Source: Candidatus Latescibacterota bacterium
GTDB taxonomy: Bacteria; Latescibacterota; UBA2968; UBA8231
Assembly: GCA_965223905.1 (NCBI GenBank)
Contig: CBDCXV010000011.1
Coordinates: 1,024,001 to 1,088,000 of the forward strand
Length of the DNA stretch: 64,000 nucleotides
Direction: 5' to 3'
Positions 57,931 through 64,000 of this stretch are shown piece by piece (the first letter of the stretch is position 1; every line of letters begins with the position of its first letter). The notes under the pieces were generated by a model. That model was not told where the DNA came from, searched no databases, and worked only from the letters and a program-made list of their open reading frames with translations. The position numbers were made by a program, and so were the translations under genes.

Positions 57931-59667
57931 TCAGGCGGTGAAGAAGGCGACGACGGTCCAGCAGATCGCCGCCAGGCCGGCGGCGATGGAGGCCTGGGGA
58001 ATCTGCGTCTTGACGTGGTCCATCAGGTCGCAGCCGGTGCACATCGAGCTGAGCACGGTGGTGTCGGAAATCGGCGAGCACTGGTCGCCGTAGACGCTGC
58101 CGTCCATGACCGCGGCGAAGCAGAGGGTCATGAACAGCTCGGGATGGGCGAGGCCGTGAGCCCCGGCGACCGCCCAGGCCAACGGCATGGCCAGGGGGAA
58201 GGCGACCGCGTAGGTGCCCCAGCTCGTGCCGGTGGAGAAGGCGATGACCATGGTCATGACCTGCAGCAGCACGGGCAGCAGGAAGTAGGGAATCGCCGCG
58301 CCGAGCTGCTCGACCAGGAAGATGCCGCCCCCGGTCTCCTTGCTGATGCCGCCGATGGTGATGGCGAGCAGGAGGATTACGGAACCGAGCACCACCCCCT
58401 TGAGGCCGTCGTGAAAGCCGGAGACGAGGTCCTTGAGCGACATCCCCTTGGCCAGGGCCATCCCAGCGGCGAGCAGCAGGGCCGTGCCGAAGGCCCACTG
58501 CACGTTGGGAGAGCCCCCGACGACGAAGGTGCCGACGGCGATGCCGATGAGGGCGATCAGGGGCAGGAAGAACTCCAGCACGTGCGGGGTGTAGCCTGCG
58601 GGCACGTTGCTTCCCTGCAGCTCCTTTGCGCTCAGGGGGGCGGCCCCGTCGGCGTCGAGCTGGCCGGTCTCGCGGGAGCGCTCCATGGCCGCCTTGAGCC
58701 GTTTGCCGAGGAACAGGGGCTTCTCGATGCTGAGGAGAAGGGTGCCGAGCACGGCGAAGATCGCGTAGAAGCAGAACGGCACGCTCTGGAAGAAGAAGGC
58801 GATGCGGTCGGTCTCGGTGGCGAGGAAGCTGACGCCGGAGACGAAGATGAAGGCCTGGACGTACCCGGGCCAGGCGTTGAAGGCGAGCTGGGAAGCGATC
58901 GGCGAGGCGGTCGAGTCGACGATGTAGGACAGCTCTTCGTGGCTGACTTTTTCGTTGTCGGCGATCGGCTTGACCGTGGTGCCGACCAGCACGGTGCTGA
59001 CCGTGCCCCCCTGGAAGAAGACGACGCCGAGCATCCAGGCGACGAGCTTGGCGCTCCTGGGGCCGCGCACGAAGCGCACGGTCATGAACTCGGCGAACGC
59101 CTTCGCCGCGCCGGTGCGGGACCAGATCCCCATGAGCCCGCCGAGCAGCCAGAGGTAGAGCAGCAGTACCCCGGCGGAGCTCGTGGAGGCCAGCGAGGGG
59201 ATCAGCACATCGCCGGTGAAGTCGTAGCGGCTCAGCACCAGGGCCCCTGAGAGGATGCCGCCGAGGAGGGAAGTGACCGGCTCCTTGGTCAGCCAGCACA
59301 GGAGCACGGCGACTACCGCGGGCAGCAGGGACCAGAAGCCCCAGTGGTGCTTCGCCAGCAGCTGGTAGTAGAAGGTCCGGGGCTCCCCCTCCTCCATTTT
59401 GACCGCGGAGACGAACTCCTTGGTCACCACAGGGGCCTCGCGCGAGCCCTTCATTCTCTCGGGGTTGAGCCGCGCGTCCTCCATAGGGACGGCTTCGAAA
59501 TAGGCCGGCTTGTCCCGGTATATGTAGTAGAGCCTGCCGTCGCTGTCGCTGCGGGCATCGAGGGCGACCTGCTCGACGGTCCAGGTCGGGGCCACGTTGA
59601 TGCCGACGATCCAGGAGACGATCAGGGCGATGGCGAAAACGACGAACTTGCGGATACCTGGGCTCAT
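57931..59667 (-). CDS. Na+/H+ antiporter NhaC family protein
   Basis: ELSYIVDSTASP, FSTGTSWGT, GDQCSPISDTTVLSS, HVKTQ.P. Confidence 0.92.
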   Translation of the reverse strand: MSPGIRKFVVFAIALIVSWIVGINVAPTWTVEQVALDARSDSDGRLYYIYRDKPAYFEAVPMEDARLNPERMKGSREAPVVTKEFVSAVKMEEGEPRTFYYQLLAKHHWGFWSLLPAVVAVLLCWLTKEPVTSLLGGILSGALVLSRYDFTGDVLIPSLASTSSAGVLLLYLWLLGGLMGIWSRTGAAKAFAEFMTVRFVRGPRSAKLVAWMLGVVFFQGGTVSTVLVGTTVKPIADNEKVSHEELSYIVDSTASPIASQLAFNAWPGYVQAFIFVSGVSFLATETDRIAFFFQSVPFCFYAIFAVLGTLLLSIEKPLFLGKRLKAAMERSRETGQLDADGAAPLSAKELQGSNVPAGYTPHVLEFFLPLIALIGIAVGTFVVGGSPNVQWAFGTALLLAAGMALAKGMSLKDLVSGFHDGLKGVVLGSVILLLAITIGGISKETGGGIFLVEQLGAAIPYFLLPVLLQVMTMVIAFSTGTSWGTYAVAFPLAMPLAWAVAGAHGLAHPELFMTLCFAAVMDGSVYGDQCSPISDTTVLSSMCTGCDLMDHVKTQIPQASIAAGLAAICWTVVAFFTA

Positions 59668-59879
59668 CTCTTTCTCCTACTTCTCCTATTGATCCAGATG
59701 AAGAGAGGGGAGCATTGTCGTGGACGATGCCCCGCGATACGGTGATGGGTCACCGGCGGCCGCGGCCCCGTGGGGCCATGGTGCCGGCCGCTTCGATAAA
59801 GCGGGTTGGTTATGTCGTGGTCAAGGGATCTGCCCCGGTCTCTGCCGCGGATTCCCGTGGCCGGTCCCGGCCCTGCCGT

Positions 59880-61175
59880 TCAGCCCAGCAGTTCCAGAAC
59901 GTTGCGATGGGGCCTGCTGTCCAGCCCCTTTTCCGGCCCGCTTCCCGGACCGGGCTGGTACTCGTTCGGGTACCCGGCGACGTACTCGAGCGGGGTCACA
60001 TCCCGCAGCAGGGTGAAACCGTTGCCCGGACCGGGTACGCGGATATTGGCGGTGACGTCGAGGGTGGCCCCGTTTTCGAGCAGCAGCAGCAGCACCGCAA
60101 AGCTGCGGTTGTGGTTCGAGGTGACGGCGTGAAAGACCGGAGTCTCGTTGCCGAAGCCCTCCCTGTCGGGCTGCGCCCTGCGGTTGGCTTCCGCCCCCGC
60201 GGCGATCAGGACCCTGGCGGCCTCGAGGGACCCGTACTCCGCGCAGACATGCAGGAGGGTCGCCCGCTGCAGGGGCGCCCCGCCGAAAAAGCCGCCGAAT
60301 CCCCTGTCCCCCTCCTGGCGGAAGCCGGAGTGCGCGTCGACGAGCCCCGGATCGTCGGCCAGCCTCCCCTGCAGCAGGTCGATCCGGCCCCTGAGGATGT
60401 CCATCTCGGCGCCGTCCGTGTAGTTCGCGCCTGCCTGGACCAGGAGCTCGAGGCATTCCTCGCGGTGTTCGTGCTGATAGGTGTCGAGGACCATGTCGAG
60501 GGCGCTGCCGTCCCTGTCCCTGTAGTTCGGGTCGGCGCCGTGCTCGAGCAGGAACCGCAGGCCGTCGGGGTTCAGGCTCTCGCAGGGTCCCATGATGGTG
60601 CCGCCGCCGTAGTGGGTCGCCGGGTCCACCCCGTGGGCGAGCAGCTCCTCCATCACCGGCAGATTGCCCTGGGTGGCGGCGCGGGAGAGGGCGTCGTCCT
60701 CCGGGTCGGCCCCGCCTGCGATCAGCAGACGGACGATGGCGACCTGGTTCGGTCCCTCGGCGTTGTCCCCGGCGGCGAAGCGCAGGGGCGTACAGCGCCG
60801 GGAGCGGTCGGGGGTCATGTTGACGTTCACGATCTGCGGATGCGCCTCGAGCACCCTGCTCACACCGCCGACGTCGCCGGTGTTTATGGCTTTGCGCAGC
60901 TCTGCGATCGGAGCGGCGAGCCCCGCGCCGGGCTCGGTCGCATCGACTACTCTGGCCCACTCCGAATAGCCGTGTTCCCTGGCGATGACGTGCTGCGCTT
61001 CCTGCAGGGTCAGGTCCGTTCCCGCGGTCCCCGCCGGCACGCCGGACAGGCGCGGCAGGTGGGTGCCGGCACGCACCCGTGCCTGCGTCCGGCCGTCGCG
61101 GTATTCCTTCAACAATTCCTTGGCTTGCTTCTTGAGGTGGGCCAGGCTGGCCCGCTTCGGGAGTCGTCCAGACAT
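59880..61175 (-). CDS. Ankyrin repeat protein with N-terminal 'HLKKQAK...AQ..IAREHG..W' helical domain
   Basis: TPL..AA, LLEHGADPN, TLLH..A repeats; AGGAG/GAGG RBS. Confidence 0.9.
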   Translation of the reverse strand: MSGRLPKRASLAHLKKQAKELLKEYRDGRTQARVRAGTHLPRLSGVPAGTAGTDLTLQEAQHVIAREHGYSEWARVVDATEPGAGLAAPIAELRKAINTGDVGGVSRVLEAHPQIVNVNMTPDRSRRCTPLRFAAGDNAEGPNQVAIVRLLIAGGADPEDDALSRAATQGNLPVMEELLAHGVDPATHYGGGTIMGPCESLNPDGLRFLLEHGADPNYRDRDGSALDMVLDTYQHEHREECLELLVQAGANYTDGAEMDILRGRIDLLQGRLADDPGLVDAHSGFRQEGDRGFGGFFGGAPLQRATLLHVCAEYGSLEAARVLIAAGAEANRRAQPDREGFGNETPVFHAVTSNHNRSFAVLLLLLENGATLDVTANIRVPGPGNGFTLLRDVTPLEYVAGYPNEYQPGPGSGPEKGLDSRPHRNVLELLG

Positions 61176-61305
61176 GAGGATCCTCTCCTGCGAGAGCCCG
61201 AGGTCCGCTGGTTCTCAGGCAGAAGAAGGTTAGGTTGTCTCGACAGATCGGGAACGTGAGGTGGGTTCAACCCTTCCCGCGGACGTGGAGGCTCCCCCGA
61301 AGCAC
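61176..61305 (-). ncRNA. Candidate structured 5' leader RNA of the ankyrin gene
   Basis: Nested pairings GAGCC/GGCTC, GTCCGC/GCGGAC, GGGAA/TTCCC, GGGT/ACCC between promoter and RBS. Confidence 0.55.
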
Positions 61306-61311
61306 GAGCCG

Positions 61312-61340
61312 ATTTTATAAAGCGCCCCCCGGCTGGTCAA
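61312..61340 (-). promoter_or_regulatory. Sigma70-type promoter TTGACC-N17-TAAAAT
   Basis: Near-consensus boxes with exact 17-nt spacer in GC-rich DNA. Confidence 0.75.
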
Positions 61341-61512
61341 CAAAAGGGCAACCTGCGAGCCTCGAGGCCTGGCTGATGCCGGCACCCACCCCGGCCTCGG
61401 GAGATGGACGCCGCGGCTGCCCCGCGTCGCTCTCCTGCCTGAAGCGCCCCGGGCGGGTTCTGGCGGGGGCCGGGCGCAAGGCCCTGCGGACTCCCCGCAC
61501 CTGAGGAAACCC

Positions 61513-62245
61513 ATGCTCTCCGAGCCGCAAATACGGCAGTACACAACCTTCGGTTTCGCCGTCATGCGGAAGGTCCTGCGCCCCGGCGAGATCCCGCTCT
61601 GCGCCGCCGAGCTCGAGCGGGCCCTCGACGGAGACCCCGTTCATGGCTTCCCTGCTGGAAGATCCGCGGATTCTCGGCCCGGCGCAGCAGCTGGGCGGCG
61701 ACGTTCTCGGACTGATCTCCGACGTCAATCGCCGCGTCGGCGACACCCCCTGGCATCCCGACGCCGACGCCGGTTTTCCATGCGGGGTCAAGTTCGCCTG
61801 GATGCTCGAACCGGTCGGGGCCGCCAGCGGCGCCCTGCGCCTGGTTCCCGGCTCGCACCTGAATCCGCTCCACGACGACCTGCGGTCGCTGCTGCTTCCC
61901 TTCCCGCCGCCCGGCGAGCCGCCGAAGGTCCCGGTAGCCGGGGTTCCCGCCCATGCCTGCGAGGCCGGGGCCGGCGACGTAGTGGTCTTCGACCCGCGGG
62001 CCTGGCATTCGAGCGTGGGGGGAGCCGACGGCCGCAGGCTGTGCACGCTGTCCTACCTCGCCGACCCGAAGACGCCCCCCCAGGAGGCCTGGGCGCCGAA
62101 ATATGCCGAAGGGGTGGCGCTCATCCCCGCAAACCACGACCGCGCCGGCCAGCCGTGGTACGACCCCGAGTGGGTCGCCAACCAGGACCGCATGCCCCAG
62201 GCGCCGGCGTTGGATAGAGCGCCTGAAGGAGCTTGGTTTCTTTGA
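61513..62245 (+). pseudogene. Phytanoyl-CoA dioxygenase (PhyH) family, frameshifted near 61630
   Basis: Q..QY.TFGF N-terminus in one frame; WHPD, GALRLVPGSH, GDVVVF...WH in another. Confidence 0.8.
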
Positions 62246-62384
62246 GGCGGCAAGGCCCTGACCCCCCCGCGTTGATCTCACCGTCCACTCGCCCGGGGCT
62301 CGCGCAGCCGTCCTGTTCGGCAGGGCCGCCCCTTTTCGTCCTCAAGCGGCGTTGCCCGGAATGGCCGCCTCGTTGCAGCATGTC

Positions 62385-63500
62385 ATGAGCCCCCGCCTGA
62401 CGAACCGCTGGCCCCTGCTTCTGTTCCCCCTCGTTCTGTCGGCAGAGCCGGCGCCTGCCCGGGACGGCGACGCCTGGACCCGCTACCACCGGATCAGGGA
62501 CCGCCAGATCTTCGCCGACGTCCACGCCCACCCGAGCCGCTTCCACCGCGACGACGTCGAACGCGTGGGGGAGCGGGAGCTCTCCATCTATCGGCGCGAG
62601 GGGTTCGGCGTCGTGGTCTGCAGCGTCAGCTCCGACGCCCCTTTTCAGGGCGGATACACCAACCGGGACGGCAGCGAGGTGCCGCGGCTGGGCGGCAACG
62701 ACTCCCACGACCTCGCTCCCGGCGAGGCCTTCGACTTCACCTTGGACCGGATGATGCGGGTCTTGAAGGCGGTCGACGACGGGGACGCGGCCTGGGCCTC
62801 GAGCCCGGGCGCCGTCGGGGAAGCCGTGAAGAAGGGGCAGGTTGCCCTGCTGCCGGCGCTGGAGGGAGGCGACGGCCTCGAAGGGGAAATCGCGAACCTG
62901 CGGCTGCTGCACCGCCGGGGCCTGCGGCTGCTGCAGCTTGTCCACCTGCGCGACAACGACCTGGGCTGCAACCAGACCGAGCCCTACCTCGAGGGCGGGC
63001 TCACCCCCTTCGGCAGGGAGGTCGTGCGCGAGTGCAACCGCCTCGGCATCATCGTCGATCTCGCCCACGCCAACACCCGGACGATCACCGACGCCCTCGC
63101 CATATCGAGCCACCCGGTGATTTTCAGCCACACCGGCGCCAACGCGGTCCGCGAGGCGGACCGCCATCTCGACGACGCCGAGATTCGGGCCATCGCCGCA
63201 GCCGGCGGCCTCATCGGGATATGGCCGTTCCCGACCTGGATGCCGGCGGTCTCCGACATGATCGACCACATCGATCACGTCAGAAGCCTGGTCGGCGCTG
63301 ACCACCTGGCGATCGGCAGCGACTTCGGGGGCCTCTCGAGCTACACCCGGGAGTTCGGCGACGACGCCCGCTTCTCGGCGATCGCCATCGCCATGCTGGA
63401 GCGCGGCTACCCGGAGGACGAGGTCGGCCGGATCATGGGAGGCAACTTCTTCCGGCTCTGGGAAGAGGTGGGGGCGGCAGGTTCCGAGGGGAACCGCTGA
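62385..63500 (+). CDS. Membrane dipeptidase (peptidase M19), exported
   Basis: DVHAH, LEG, GLT.FG...V.ECNRLGIIVDLAH, SHT, IGSDF, GGNF. Confidence 0.92.
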   Translation: MSPRLTNRWPLLLFPLVLSAEPAPARDGDAWTRYHRIRDRQIFADVHAHPSRFHRDDVERVGERELSIYRREGFGVVVCSVSSDAPFQGGYTNRDGSEVPRLGGNDSHDLAPGEAFDFTLDRMMRVLKAVDDGDAAWASSPGAVGEAVKKGQVALLPALEGGDGLEGEIANLRLLHRRGLRLLQLVHLRDNDLGCNQTEPYLEGGLTPFGREVVRECNRLGIIVDLAHANTRTITDALAISSHPVIFSHTGANAVREADRHLDDAEIRAIAAAGGLIGIWPFPTWMPAVSDMIDHIDHVRSLVGADHLAIGSDFGGLSSYTREFGDDARFSAIAIAMLERGYPEDEVGRIMGGNFFRLWEEVGAAGSEGNR

Positions 63501-63530
63501 CGGAAACCGGACATCCCCGGCCGCCGCGCG

Positions 63531-64000
63531 TCACTCCCCCGGAAAATGCCCGCGGTACTCCAGCCCCAGGAGGTCGCGGGAGCGGGCGACGTTGCAGTAC
63601 CGGTCCGCTTCCGGGTGGCTGGCGGTGTGCATGACGTCGAAATCGATGGTCTCGTTCTCCAGGGCCAGGTGGCAGGCCTCGGCCAGGTCGTGCCGGCACA
63701 CCCAGCCGATGCCGCCGCTCGCCTGATTGCCGTCGCGGTTGATGCCGAGCCTGCTGTCGCCGATGCCGCAGGGCCGGAAGACGATGACGCGGGTGCCGTA
63801 GGCGTCGTGGTACTGGCGGCAGACCTCCTCCTGGAGGCGCTTGGTGATCCCGTAAAGGGTCCCCTCGACGCTGCGCACCTCCGACGACAGGAAGACCCCG
63901 TCCGGGCGCTGCACGACGCAGGAGCCCATCTGCACCACCCGCCTGAGCTGCCGGCGGCGGGCGGACTCCAGGATGTTCCACATCCCCTTGACGTTGACGA
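63531..64000 (-). CDS. NAD-dependent epimerase/dehydratase family, 5'-partial
   Basis: NV.G.WNILE, YGITK, HDLAEA. Confidence 0.8.
   Translation of the reverse strand, partial: VNVKGMWNILESARRRQLRRVVQMGSCVVQRPDGVFLSSEVRSVEGTLYGITKRLQEEVCRQYHDAYGTRVIVFRPCGIGDSRLGINRDGNQASGGIGWVCRHDLAEACHLALENETIDFDVMHTASHPEADRYCNVARSRDLLGLEYRGHFPGE

Overview
GC-rich bacterial chromosomal window. YWTD, FG-GAP, CRTAC1 and ankyrin repeat proteins, an FlgD-like C-terminal domain and a WGxIK C-terminal motif suggest an FCB-group organism (Latescibacterota/Gemmatimonadota-like, possibly a marine invertebrate symbiont); this is inference. Contents: (1) a minus-strand catabolic cluster (about 1-19 kb) interrupted by an AbiE TA module and a YWTD protein gene; (2) a 19-kb minus-strand defence island (23.2-42.1 kb) built on a type I R-M system (hsdM carrying an in-frame PIN domain, hsdS, hsdR), with an intact ISKra4-like IS, many TA modules, a ParB/REase-like/MTase triad and a Rad50-like ATPase plus small HEPN-like gene; (3) oxidoreductases, an ECF sigma/FecR/TonB-dependent receptor locus, NhaC, an ankyrin protein and a dipeptidase. 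Main observation: the hsdS-hsdR interval is an array of four cargo modules, each followed by its own copy of the hsdR 5' end (three scars plus the live gene). Cargo decay increases with distance from hsdR and no integrase is present in the window, suggesting polarised, gene-end-anchored cassette acquisition. A similar gene-end duplication flanks the AbiE module. Second candidate: a promoter-delimited, structured ~130-nt leader RNA upstream of the ankyrin gene. All family calls are motif recognition by eye; no database searches were run.
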